A stretch of 63,880 nucleotides of DNA, the filler included, from an uncultured bacterium (GTDB lineage: Bacteria > Auribacterota > CAZIXI01): the NCBI GenBank assembly GCA_964543115.1. It is 7 parts of 7 records of this genome, joined end to end, with 100 filler letters (N's around TTAATTAATTAA, not from the genome) between each part and the next. Parts side by side here need not be neighbours in the genome. Positions count along the whole stretch, not along the records: positions 19,661 to 29,353 come from CAZIXI010000132.1; positions 29,454 to 38,702 come from CAZIXI010000134.1; 5 more parts are not named here. One strand, written 5' to 3'. Below the pieces are notes generated by a model, which made no database searches, was not told the DNA's origin, and was given only the letters and a program-made list of their open reading frames with translations. A program made the translations under genes and the position numbers. Positions 22,047 to 31,157 of this stretch are shown piece after piece (position 1 is the first letter of the stretch; every line of letters starts with the position of its first letter).

Positions 22047-23696
22047 ATGTCAACGGGAAATAATAAATTGACGCTGCCGCGGAGGGAATACTGTCTTGCC
22101 GGCACCATATTTATATTGGGTTGTTTGTTGCGTATTTTTTATGCCTGGCACTATAAGTTTGATTCCGATGAACCGCAGCATCTGCATGTGGTCTGGGCCT
22201 GGACACAGGGGCTGGTTCAGTACCGGGATGTATTTGATAATCACACACCGCTTTTTCATCTGTTTTTCAGTCTCTTTCTCCCCCTGTTTAAGGAACAGGC
22301 AATAGTACTCTATTTCATGCGTCTAGCAATGTTTCCTTTTTTTCTGCTGGGCATGACAGCCACTTATTTTATTGGGCGTAAGCTATTTTCCCGGCGGGTG
22401 GGCCTTTGGACAGTGGCGCTTGTCAGTATCTATCCGGCATTTTTATTCTGTTCCCTGCAGTTTCGCCCGGACCTGATCTGGATGGTTTGCTGGCTGGCGG
22501 GACTGGCCCTAGTGCTTGGCCGGCCGCTCTCCGGCAGCCGGGTTTTTTGTGCCGGTTTATTATTTGGCCTGGCGCTTTGTGTTTCTATGAAGACGGTGTT
22601 GTTGCTGTTTTCCTTAGCTGTTGCTCTGCTGCTGGTATTTTTGTTATTGAAGGATAAGCAGGAATTTCTTGGGCGGAAGTTTTTTATATTTGTTTTAGCC
22701 GGATTGGGCGGATTACTGCTGGTGCCCTTGTTTGTTATTTTCTTTTTTGCCGGTCTGCAGGCCATCCCTTCTTTTTTATATTGTACAATTTATCATAATG
22801 TTGTTCCGGGGATGGGGCATTGGGGGCGGATCTGGCAGCTGCTGCTATTCCTTATTCTTTTGCCGGTAATTTTTCTTATTGGTAAAAGTGTCTTTTCTAG
22901 ATTCGGAGCGGATTTTATTAGCCGCCAGCGGGTTATAGTCATATTTACGATACTTGTTTATTATCTTTCCCTGTTCAGTTTTTGGCCGATTGTCACCAGG
23001 CAGAATTTTTTGCCGATGTATTCTTTGCTGGCTGTTTTTGCTGTTGCCGGCCTGTTGAGTTGGTTGGTTAAAAAAGGCTGGCCTGCGGGCCTTTTATTCT
23101 GGCTGGCGGTATTGGAGCTTGGCCTTATCTTTGTTTTTAGCGCGCCCTGGCGGCCTTATCAGAAGACAACTATAGCCAAAATCGAAGAAGTGCTGGAATT
23201 AACTGATCCTGGTGATTGGGTGCTGGACCAAAAAGGGGAAACGGTGTTTCGGCCCCGGCCGCATTATCATTTATTTGAAACAATTACCAGGGAACGGATG
23301 GACAGGGGGCTGGTTCGGGATACGGTGATTGAGGATTTGGTCACCAAACCCTGCTATATTGGTACTAATGATTTCAGTAGATTTTCTCCTGATGCCCGCT
23401 ATTTTCTGGTGCATAATTATGTTTCAGTCGGATATATGAGGGTGGCCGGGCGTTTTTTAGAGCCGGCTCCTGACAATAGCCAACTATATCGTATGCTGAT
23501 ACTTATACCAGGAGAATACGCCATTACCGGTGAAAAAGGCAAGGTTGCCGGGCTCCTGGATAACCTTCCTTATACTGGTGCCCGCTTTTTAAACTCCGGG
23601 CAGCATGAGTTTGTTCTCGACGGAGCACCGCAATCGCTGGTTGTTTTCTGGGCCCAGGCAGAGGCCCGGGGATTTAGGCCAGTGTTTGATGATTAA
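22047..23696 (+). CDS. ArnT/PMT-like GT-C membrane glycosyltransferase
   Basis: DSDEPQH acidic loop after TM1, YRDVFDNHTPL, and about 11 hydrophobic segments. Confidence 0.8.
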   Translation: MSTGNNKLTLPRREYCLAGTIFILGCLLRIFYAWHYKFDSDEPQHLHVVWAWTQGLVQYRDVFDNHTPLFHLFFSLFLPLFKEQAIVLYFMRLAMFPFFLLGMTATYFIGRKLFSRRVGLWTVALVSIYPAFLFCSLQFRPDLIWMVCWLAGLALVLGRPLSGSRVFCAGLLFGLALCVSMKTVLLLFSLAVALLLVFLLLKDKQEFLGRKFFIFVLAGLGGLLLVPLFVIFFFAGLQAIPSFLYCTIYHNVVPGMGHWGRIWQLLLFLILLPVIFLIGKSVFSRFGADFISRQRVIVIFTILVYYLSLFSFWPIVTRQNFLPMYSLLAVFAVAGLLSWLVKKGWPAGLLFWLAVLELGLIFVFSAPWRPYQKTTIAKIEEVLELTDPGDWVLDQKGETVFRPRPHYHLFETITRERMDRGLVRDTVIEDLVTKPCYIGTNDFSRFSPDARYFLVHNYVSVGYMRVAGRFLEPAPDNSQLYRMLILIPGEYAITGEKGKVAGLLDNLPYTGARFLNSGQHEFVLDGAPQSLVVFWAQAEARGFRPVFDD

Positions 23697-23768
23697 ACCC
23701 CTTGACATAATTAAGGGTTTATTTAGTTGACCAATATTAATAATTTTGATATTTTATCCCGTCTATTT

Positions 23769-25091
23769 ATGAATAAATATATCTTATTAATTATAATATT
23801 TATATTAAATTTTAACTTATCTTGGGCGGAAGTGCCTGGCGAGTTGTTGGCAAAGCTGGATTCTCAGGATGTTAACGAACAATTGGATGCCTGTCTGGCC
23901 CTGGGCAGATTAGGAGATCAGGAAGCGGTTCCTTATCTCAAGTCCAAGCTGGGTAACAAGTCCATGCTTATCAGGCATGCCGCGGCCAATGCCCTGGCCC
24001 GGATTGGCGGAGAGCAAGTAAAAGAGATCTTTCAAAATATGGTGCAGAACGGTGGGGTGGAGGCCAGGCGGGTTGGACTGGCTGGGCTGGCTATGGCCGG
24101 GGATCAGCAAAGCATGGAAATTGTTTTAGCCCAGTTGGATAGTGAAAGCTGGCAGGTGCGCTGGTCGGCCGTCTATGCTTTGGGGGAACGTGGTTATCGA
24201 TCGGCTCTGCCTAAATTAGCGGAAATAGCGGCTAAGGATGCCTATCAGAATAAAAATACGGAAACCTATCCAGTGCGCGACCAAGCCAAGACTGCCATTG
24301 AGAAAATAAATTGTTTTATTGAATGGTATGATACACTGGAAGATGCCTGGTTAGTGGCAGAAAAACTTAAGCGCCCTTTACTGATTTACTGGCGGGTGGA
24401 TAATTCTAATTGGTGCCGGCAAATGGAAGAGGGAATATTTTTTAGCCCGAAGGTTGCTGATCTGACACAGCAATTTGTCTGCCTGCAGGTGGATGTTACG
24501 GAAAGTCCGGTGCTGGTTGCTCAATATGACGTCAGCGGGGCGCCCTGTATATTGGTTCTGGACCGGGAAGGTCAAGAAGCTGACCGAATGTTAGGATTGG
24601 TTTCCCGTAAGAAACTGTTGCAGCGCTTAGAGCAGATTCTTAAGGGTACGGGTACGCCAGGGCAATGGAAAAAGAAGATAAAGAAAGATCCAGCGGATAT
24701 AGAGAGTTCCTGGCACTTAGCGCAGTGGTATATGGATAACGGTCAAACAGCCAGGGCTGTTCCTTTATTAAAAAGTATCTTGGACAATGACCAACAGAAT
24801 CAATCCGGGTACAGAGATAATGCTCAATTCATTCTTGGTTATTCTCTGGGAGAGCAGGGTAAATATCAGGAGGCAGTCGGAGTTTTAGAGCAGTTGGTAA
24901 AGGATTATCCGCGTTTCCCGGAGATGGAAAAGGCGCTCTATTGCCTGGGTCTGGATTATCTAGGTGTGGGCCGGGTGGATCAGGCCCGGAAAATTTTCAA
25001 CAGGATTTTGGCAGAGTATCCCGCGGGGAAGGTAAGTAAACAGGCAAAAAAGATTTTAACTGAAATAGGGGAAAAACATGAAGAAGTTTAA
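23769..25091 (+). CDS. Exported HEAT-repeat / thioredoxin-like / TPR fusion protein
   Basis: Signal peptide, HEAT-PBS repeats (VRWSAVYALG), Trx-like SNWC...GAPC domain, and YbgF-like TPR tail (LVKDYP). Confidence 0.8.
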   Translation: MNKYILLIIIFILNFNLSWAEVPGELLAKLDSQDVNEQLDACLALGRLGDQEAVPYLKSKLGNKSMLIRHAAANALARIGGEQVKEIFQNMVQNGGVEARRVGLAGLAMAGDQQSMEIVLAQLDSESWQVRWSAVYALGERGYRSALPKLAEIAAKDAYQNKNTETYPVRDQAKTAIEKINCFIEWYDTLEDAWLVAEKLKRPLLIYWRVDNSNWCRQMEEGIFFSPKVADLTQQFVCLQVDVTESPVLVAQYDVSGAPCILVLDREGQEADRMLGLVSRKKLLQRLEQILKGTGTPGQWKKKIKKDPADIESSWHLAQWYMDNGQTARAVPLLKSILDNDQQNQSGYRDNAQFILGYSLGEQGKYQEAVGVLEQLVKDYPRFPEMEKALYCLGLDYLGVGRVDQARKIFNRILAEYPAGKVSKQAKKILTEIGEKHEEV

Positions 25092-26043
25092 GCTGGTTCT
25101 ATTAATTTTTATTTTTGTTTTGTTTTCAGCTGCTCTGCAGGCGGCAAAGACTGATCCCGCTCTTAAAAAGGCAGAAAAGTATATTCGGGACGGAAATAAA
25201 TATTATGAACGCGGTGATTACGGGAAGGCCAAGGCTACCTATCAACGGGCGGTGCTGGCTTATCCTGATCATGTTAGCGCTCACTATAATCTGGCTGTGG
25301 TCTACGCGGAGTTAGGGGAAACGGGTCAGGCGGTAGCTGAGTATAAAGAGGTTATCCGGCTCAGTCCCCGGGATGCCGTGGCCCATAATAATTTAGGTAA
25401 TCTTTATGTGGATCAGGGTAAGCTGGATCTGGCGATCCTCGAGTATAATCAGGCGATTAATATTGATCCGGCATCACCGCTGGCCCACAATAATCTGGGT
25501 GATCTTTACTACAAGCAGGGAAAATATGAGAAGGCGGTGAAAGAGTTTAGTGAAGTGGTTAAAACGGCGCCTGATGAAATTTATGGTTATAATAATCTGG
25601 GTAATGCCTATTATAAACTTAGCCTGTTTGACGAGGCAATTGCCCAGTATAATCTGGCAATTGAGATAGATCCGCGGCAGATCCATACGCTGAAGAACAA
25701 GGCCCAGGTTTATATCAAGAAAGGCAGCTCCGCCTTTGCTCTGTCGGCGTTAAAACAGGCCCTGCGTTACGATAAGAAGGATGCCGGTATTTATAATCTG
25801 CTTGGTGATACCTATCGGTTACAGGGGCAGGAAGATGAGGCAATAAAGAACTATACAGAGGCGGTGGCCCTGAAAAATGATTATGCCGATGTGTATTTTA
25901 AATTGGGTCAGTTGTATCGTTATGTTGATAATAAAAAATGCCGGGAATGTTTAGAGAAATATCTGGAGTACGGGGAAAATCCATTGAGACGTAAAAAGGC
26001 GAAACGGTATATTAAGGTGCTTGATAAACTACGCGATAATTAG
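25078..26043 (+). CDS. Exported tetratricopeptide repeat protein
   Basis: Signal peptide followed by repeated AHNNLG / YNNLG TPR units. Confidence 0.92.
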   Translation: MKKFKLVLLIFIFVLFSAALQAAKTDPALKKAEKYIRDGNKYYERGDYGKAKATYQRAVLAYPDHVSAHYNLAVVYAELGETGQAVAEYKEVIRLSPRDAVAHNNLGNLYVDQGKLDLAILEYNQAINIDPASPLAHNNLGDLYYKQGKYEKAVKEFSEVVKTAPDEIYGYNNLGNAYYKLSLFDEAIAQYNLAIEIDPRQIHTLKNKAQVYIKKGSSAFALSALKQALRYDKKDAGIYNLLGDTYRLQGQEDEAIKNYTEAVALKNDYADVYFKLGQLYRYVDNKKCRECLEKYLEYGENPLRRKKAKRYIKVLDKLRDN

Positions 26044-26064
26044 CGTTAAGAAGAGGAGGTTAAT

Positions 26065-26220
26065 ATGAGTCAACATCCGAGTTTACGCAGTGGCTCTAAA
26101 TTAAAAGCTAAACGGAGTGTGCTGAAGCGTTTTGAGCGGATTGAAATCCTGAAGCAAAAAGGAAAATGGGACGTTAAAAATTCCGTTTACGGTTTAGCCA
26201 AAACCAAGATCGTCGAATAA
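26065..26220 (+). CDS. PVC-superphylum small basic protein (51 aa; not in ORF track)
   Basis: MSQHPSLRSGSKLKAKRSVLKRFERIEILKQKGKWDVKNSVYGLAKTKIVE with SD GAGGAGG. Matches the recalled Chlam_Ver_rRNA (TIGR04137) family pattern HPSL...R.VLKR.ER...L...G.W...GL.K.K. Confidence 0.9.
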   Translation: MSQHPSLRSGSKLKAKRSVLKRFERIEILKQKGKWDVKNSVYGLAKTKIVE

Positions 26221-26224
26221 GGGA

Positions 26225-27097
26225 ATGAAGAGATTTTTTATATTTTTTATTCTTTTTATCTGCGCGTTTTACGCGTCTTCTTTGCTGGCAGCACGGCTAA
26301 AGCCGCAGGCACGGGTGACCGGGCATCGGCTGAATGTCCGGGCGAAGCCGAACATTAATTCAGAGATTGTTACCCAGCTGCGCCTGGACGATACGGTTAG
26401 AGTGTTGGAGAAGGGAGAAGAGTGGACCAAGATTAAGGCGCCCGGCGATAGCACCTGTTGGGTTTTTAATAAGTATGTTGCCAAGGGCAGGATAAATGCC
26501 GATAGTGTTAATTTGCGTTCCGGTCCCGGTTTGGCCTTCCCGGTTCTCTGTCGTTTGTATAAAGGAACGCCGGTAACCATTATTGAAGTGGCCGGAGAGT
26601 GGTCGCGGATTCAACCGCCGGTGGAGTTCGGGGTTTGGGTGAGCACGCGGTATCTGAGCTATCGGGATAGAGAAGAGAAAAAAGAGCCGGCTAAGAAGAC
26701 GGTTAAGCCGCGAAAAGAAAAAAGTATAAAAGAAGATAAGGGGAAAAAGACGGTAATTGATTCAGAGGATAAGATTCCCGCGGAGAAGATAACCGAAGAA
26801 ATAAAACCGTTGCCGCCTCAGATAAAACCGGCGGTTTCCGTGCCTGCCATTGAAGAAAACGGGCTGGAACTGGTATCCTATGCCGGGTATTTAGATGATA
26901 TGGGAATGATTGTTAACCGGCCGGGTACCTATAAGTTAACTGCTGATGACCAGTGGATTTGCATATTAACTTCTCCTTTAATTGAGCTTAATCCTTATGT
27001 TACCCACCAGGTGCGGATTGAAGGGATTATCGTCAGTCAAACCACAAGTTGGGGGGTGCCGGTGGTGGAAGTGAAGCGCTTGCAGGTAATTAAATAA
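26225..27097 (+). CDS. Exported SH3b-domain protein (multiple SH3b, Lys-rich linker)
   Basis: LNVRAKP and VNLRSGPG...EWSRI SH3b motifs with a signal peptide. Confidence 0.85.
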   Translation: MKRFFIFFILFICAFYASSLLAARLKPQARVTGHRLNVRAKPNINSEIVTQLRLDDTVRVLEKGEEWTKIKAPGDSTCWVFNKYVAKGRINADSVNLRSGPGLAFPVLCRLYKGTPVTIIEVAGEWSRIQPPVEFGVWVSTRYLSYRDREEKKEPAKKTVKPRKEKSIKEDKGKKTVIDSEDKIPAEKITEEIKPLPPQIKPAVSVPAIEENGLELVSYAGYLDDMGMIVNRPGTYKLTADDQWICILTSPLIELNPYVTHQVRIEGIIVSQTTSWGVPVVEVKRLQVIK

Positions 27098-27139
27098 TTT
27101 CGGCAACCGGTATTTTGTATTTATTGTAAAACACAATTT

Positions 27140-28420
27140 ATGCTTTTTAATAAACTGAAAACATTTGCTGCTGGTCTCCACATAAAAGACTACAAATGGC
27201 TGGCAAAAAATCAGCCGATAACCAAAATGCCGTTACCGGCCAAGGTAAAGATTCCGGTCAGCCAGCATTTTGGTAAACCCGCCCAGCCGATTGTTAAGCC
27301 CGGTGACCTCGTTAAAACCGGCCAGCTTATTGCCCAGGCCCAGGGAAATTTTTCGGCAAATATTCATGCTTCCCTTTCCGGCAAGGTTACTGCCATTAGC
27401 CGTTTTCCTCATCCTTTAGGCCCGGAATCACTGATGATCGACATTGAGAGTGATGGTAAGGATGAAGCAGCAGCTCCCCTTACAGGAACAGATCCGCTGG
27501 CCCTGATTGCCGAAGCGGGGATTGTGGGAATGGGCGGGGCGATGTTTCCTACTCATATTAAGTTAAAACCGCCGCCCGGTAAAAAAGTAGAGACGATTAT
27601 TCTTAACGGTGTGGAGTGTGAACCCTATGTTACTTCTGATTACCGGTTGATGCTGGAGGAAGCTGACCAGGTGCTGGCAGGTTTGCGGATCATTATGCAG
27701 GCTACGGGTGTGGAGCGGGCCTATATCGGTATTGAGGCAAATAAGCAGGATATTATTTCTTTAATCCGGGAAAAATTAAAATCTGCAAACGGGATAGAGG
27801 TGGTTGGGTTAAAGACAAAGTACCCGCAGGGCGGAGAAAAGCAATTGATTCAGGCCGTACTTAATCGGGAAGTACCCAGTGCAGGATTGCCTTTTGATGT
27901 GGGGGTAATTGTTCAGAATGTGGCAACAACCGCAGCAATAGCCGATGCCGTTAATAAGAAAAGGCCGTTATTTGAGAGGGTGGTTACGGTTACCGGTTCC
28001 TGTGTGGAGAAACCGGCTAATCTTCTTGTCCGCTTAGGAACTTCGTTTAAGGAACTGGTGGATTTCTGTGGGTTAAAGTGTGCGCCCGGCAAGGTGGTTA
28101 TGGGCGGGCCGATGATGGGTCTCGCCCAATATACTTTGGCTGTGCCGGTAATCAAGGGGACAAACGCTATTCTGGTAATGAATGAGAAAGAAGCGCGTCC
28201 CCGGAATGTAGATGTTTGCCTGCGCTGCGGCCGTTGTTTGTGGAATTGTCCGATGGGCCTGGAGTCAGGGATAATTGCTACTTTAGTGGAAAAAGGATTA
28301 TTTGAAGAGGCGATTGCCAAAGGGGCCAAGGATTGTATTGAGTGCGGTCTTTGCGCCTATAATTGTCCGGCGGCCCGCGATGTCGTGCAGTTGATCAAGT
28401 ACGCTAAACAGAAAAAATAA
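27140..28420 (+). CDS. rnfC: Rnf complex subunit C
   Basis: GIVGMGGAMFPTHIK, NGVECEPY, KYPQGGEKQLI and two CxxCxxCxxxCP motifs. Confidence 0.95.
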   Translation: MLFNKLKTFAAGLHIKDYKWLAKNQPITKMPLPAKVKIPVSQHFGKPAQPIVKPGDLVKTGQLIAQAQGNFSANIHASLSGKVTAISRFPHPLGPESLMIDIESDGKDEAAAPLTGTDPLALIAEAGIVGMGGAMFPTHIKLKPPPGKKVETIILNGVECEPYVTSDYRLMLEEADQVLAGLRIIMQATGVERAYIGIEANKQDIISLIREKLKSANGIEVVGLKTKYPQGGEKQLIQAVLNREVPSAGLPFDVGVIVQNVATTAAIADAVNKKRPLFERVVTVTGSCVEKPANLLVRLGTSFKELVDFCGLKCAPGKVVMGGPMMGLAQYTLAVPVIKGTNAILVMNEKEARPRNVDVCLRCGRCLWNCPMGLESGIIATLVEKGLFEEAIAKGAKDCIECGLCAYNCPAARDVVQLIKYAKQKK

Positions 28421-28427
28421 TATTAAT

Positions 28428-29353
28428 ATGGATTCCTTAATTGTTACCAGTTCACCGCATATCAATTCCGGAGAGACCACGTCACGGGTGATGTATGACG
28501 TGATTATTGCCCTGGTGCCGGCGATGATTGCCAGTTATCTGTTTTTCGGCCTGCGTGCCCTCTTGCTGCTTGCTGTAGCTGTGGGCACGGCAGTTGTGTT
28601 TGAGGCCGGAGTACAATGGCTGCGGCGCAGGCCAATTACCATTTTTGACGGCAGTGCGGCGATTACCGGTATCCTGCTGGTTTTTAATGTCTCTTCCGAA
28701 CTGCCCCTCTGGCTGGTTGTCCTTGGTTCAGCGGTTGCTATTCTTATTGGCAAACAGGCCTTTGGCGGATTGGGCCATAATATTTTTAATCCCGCCTTAA
28801 TCGGCCGGGCTTTTTTGCTGGCCGCCTATCCTACCGCGATGACTAGTTGGGCCCCGCCGCGTTTTGCCCAGTTACACCTTGATGGAGCGACGTATGCCAC
28901 ACCACTGGGTATTATTAAAGAGAAATTATCTGAGAGTTTGCCGAGTTATTTGGATATGTTTTTAGGTAATATCGGCGGGAGCCTGGGGGAGACCTCTGTT
29001 CTCGCCTTACTGCTGGGCGGGGCGTTTTTGCTCTACCGGCGGGTGATCACCTGGCATATCCCGGTGAGCTATATTGCGACGGTATTTCTGCTAACCTGGA
29101 TTATGGGCAGAGATCCTCTTTTTAATATTTTGGCCGGGGGTTTAATGATCGGAGCAATTTTCATGGCTACTGATATGGTGACCTCTCCGATCAGTACCAA
29201 GGGTATGCTCATTTTTGGTATCGGTTGCGGGCTGGTGACCGTAGCTATCAGATTATTTGGACAGTACCCGGAAGGGGTCTGTTATTCAATCTTGTTTATG
29301 AATGCCTGTACGCCATTGATTGATCGGTATACGGCACCCAGGAGGTTTGGCGC
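28428..29353 (+). CDS. rnfD: Rnf complex subunit D, 3' truncated
   Basis: SSPH, FGGLGHNIFNPA, FMN-threonine region TYATPL, GSLGETS and FMATD motifs. Confidence 0.95.
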
Positions 29354-29453
29354 NNNNNNNNNNNNNNNNNNNNNNNNNNNNNNNNNNNNNNNNNNNNTTA
29401 ATTAATTAANNNNNNNNNNNNNNNNNNNNNNNNNNNNNNNNNNNNNNNNNNNN
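29354..29453. other. Artificial contig linker
   Basis: N44-TTAATTAATTAA-N44. Confidence 0.98.
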
Positions 29454-29753
29454 GCCAAAACCCCCTCCGGTAAAAAAGCCGGTATTGTCTGGTCAGAGGG
29501 AACTTGCGGTGTGGCTTTGGCGATGAAGCGCGCGCCGATAACAGTAACAGCAGGTAAGAATCAGACTTATTTTCAGGGTCAAGTCAAGAAAATGAGCAAA
29601 ACAACCGGAAATAGAACCGGTGTTTATTATACTACCGCCCCGCCCGCAGGATTTACTGCCGTGGATCCATATTATCCGAACCATAATGCCTCCGTTGCCG
29701 GAACCGCCTGGTGCATTTTCAGCGAGTGCGATTTCAATCCCTTGGGTCAATAG
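29454..29753 (+). CDS. C-terminal fragment of a probable six-hairpin glycosidase-like protein
   Basis: Frame open to the contig start; contains VWSEGT.G.ALA and SVAGTAWCIF...FNP motifs. Confidence 0.45.
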   Translation, partial: AKTPSGKKAGIVWSEGTCGVALAMKRAPITVTAGKNQTYFQGQVKKMSKTTGNRTGVYYTTAPPAGFTAVDPYYPNHNASVAGTAWCIFSECDFNPLGQ

Positions 29754-29819
29754 ATTATGGGAAGGCGGGATTATATAGGGACTTCCAATTAATGTAGTTG
29801 CATGTTATAATGTGCCTGT

Positions 29820-31043
29820 ATGGGCAAAACTCTTTCCTTAATTATAGTATGTTTTATCTCTCTGACTTGCTTTTTTACTCCGGTCAGGGCGGATGATGGT
29901 TCCTTTTCGCTGCTGCATTTCATTAAAAAAGGCAAACTGCTGACAAAATTCCGTTCCTATTATTTGAATAGGCATTTTAATCTTCCCAAGACACAAAAAT
30001 CTATGGCAGTGGGCGGCTGGCTGGGTTATGAAACGGCGCCTGTTTGCGGCATCAGCGCGGGAGCGGTAGGGTATACCTCGCAGGGCTTTGTTCTGACCGA
30101 TCCGAACGAAGACGGCGCCAGCCTGCTTGCCCCGGGACAGAAAAGTTTTACTGTTTTGGGACAGGCCTACCTGCGGGCCGAATATAAGAAAAACACTATT
30201 TGTCTTTTCCGTCAGAAGATCGAGACCCCGTACTTGAATTTGTATGATGTCCGGATGGCGCCGGTTACCTATGAGGCCTATACCTTCACCAGTTCAATGA
30301 TCCCGAAATGTGATGTATTTGTCTCACATATAAGAAAGATCAAGAGATGGAACGATACAAAATTTGTTACCTTGTCAGCAGCCGCAGGTTTCCCCGGCCG
30401 CGACGATCCGATAACGGCGGCGGGTGTTGTCTGGAAACCAGCCGATCCATATACTTTACAGGTCTGGGATTATTATTGTAATGAACTTATGAATGTCGTG
30501 TACGTGCAGGGGGATGCCGACTGGCAGCTTATGGAGAATCTTGGTCTAACGGCTTCTGTTCAGGCTTTTGATCAAAAGAGTGTGGGTAAAGAAGTGGGCG
30601 GGGATTTTCATACCGGCATGGTGGGGCTGCAGGCAGTGTTTCACACCTATGGTTTTGATATAACATTAGGTGGCACCGTAACCAATAAAGGCGGTGATAT
30701 TGTTAATCCCTGGGGTTCGTATGCGGGCTATACATCCATCATGGAAGAGGACTGTAACTTGGGGGGTGAAAAGGCCCTGGTACTCGGCCTGGCCTATGAT
30801 TTCAGCCGGATCGGGATTCCCGGATTGAGCGCCTATACATATCACACGGAAGCTTACTTGCCGCCGGATGGCTGGTTTTCAGGTCATGCACAAAGAGAAA
30901 CCGATCTGACTATTGACTATTATTTTCCTGAACAGCTGAAGGGCTTATGGCTCCGCTTGCGCGCCGCGCGTGTAGACAACTCCTTCACTACCGCCGGCGC
31001 GGACTATACGGACTACCGCATAATCCTGAATTATGATTTTTGA
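29820..31043 (+). CDS. OprD-family outer membrane porin
   Basis: Signal peptide, RSYYLNR, GWLGYET, RQKIETP...D.RM.P.TYEA, alternating beta-strands and C-terminal aromatic residue (YDF). Confidence 0.85.
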   Translation: MGKTLSLIIVCFISLTCFFTPVRADDGSFSLLHFIKKGKLLTKFRSYYLNRHFNLPKTQKSMAVGGWLGYETAPVCGISAGAVGYTSQGFVLTDPNEDGASLLAPGQKSFTVLGQAYLRAEYKKNTICLFRQKIETPYLNLYDVRMAPVTYEAYTFTSSMIPKCDVFVSHIRKIKRWNDTKFVTLSAAAGFPGRDDPITAAGVVWKPADPYTLQVWDYYCNELMNVVYVQGDADWQLMENLGLTASVQAFDQKSVGKEVGGDFHTGMVGLQAVFHTYGFDITLGGTVTNKGGDIVNPWGSYAGYTSIMEEDCNLGGEKALVLGLAYDFSRIGIPGLSAYTYHTEAYLPPDGWFSGHAQRETDLTIDYYFPEQLKGLWLRLRAARVDNSFTTAGADYTDYRIILNYDF

Positions 31044-31074
31044 AAACTCGATACAGTATGACCGCAACTAAGGA

Positions 31075-31130
31075 AGCCACGGATTTCACAGATTTTTTAT
31101 TATAATTTTTAATCCGTGTAATCCGTGACT
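31075..31130. repeat. Palindromic intergenic repeat, family C
   Basis: AGCCACGGATTTCACAGATT...AATCCGTGTAATCCGTGACT, homologous to 6459-6540. Confidence 0.8.
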
Positions 31131-31157
31131 AAAAAATGTACTCGAATAGTACAATCT

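Noticed and set aside
29354..29753. rnf operon interrupted by a glycosidase-like gene
   Set aside because: A contig break; rnfG/E/A/B are simply not assembled here.
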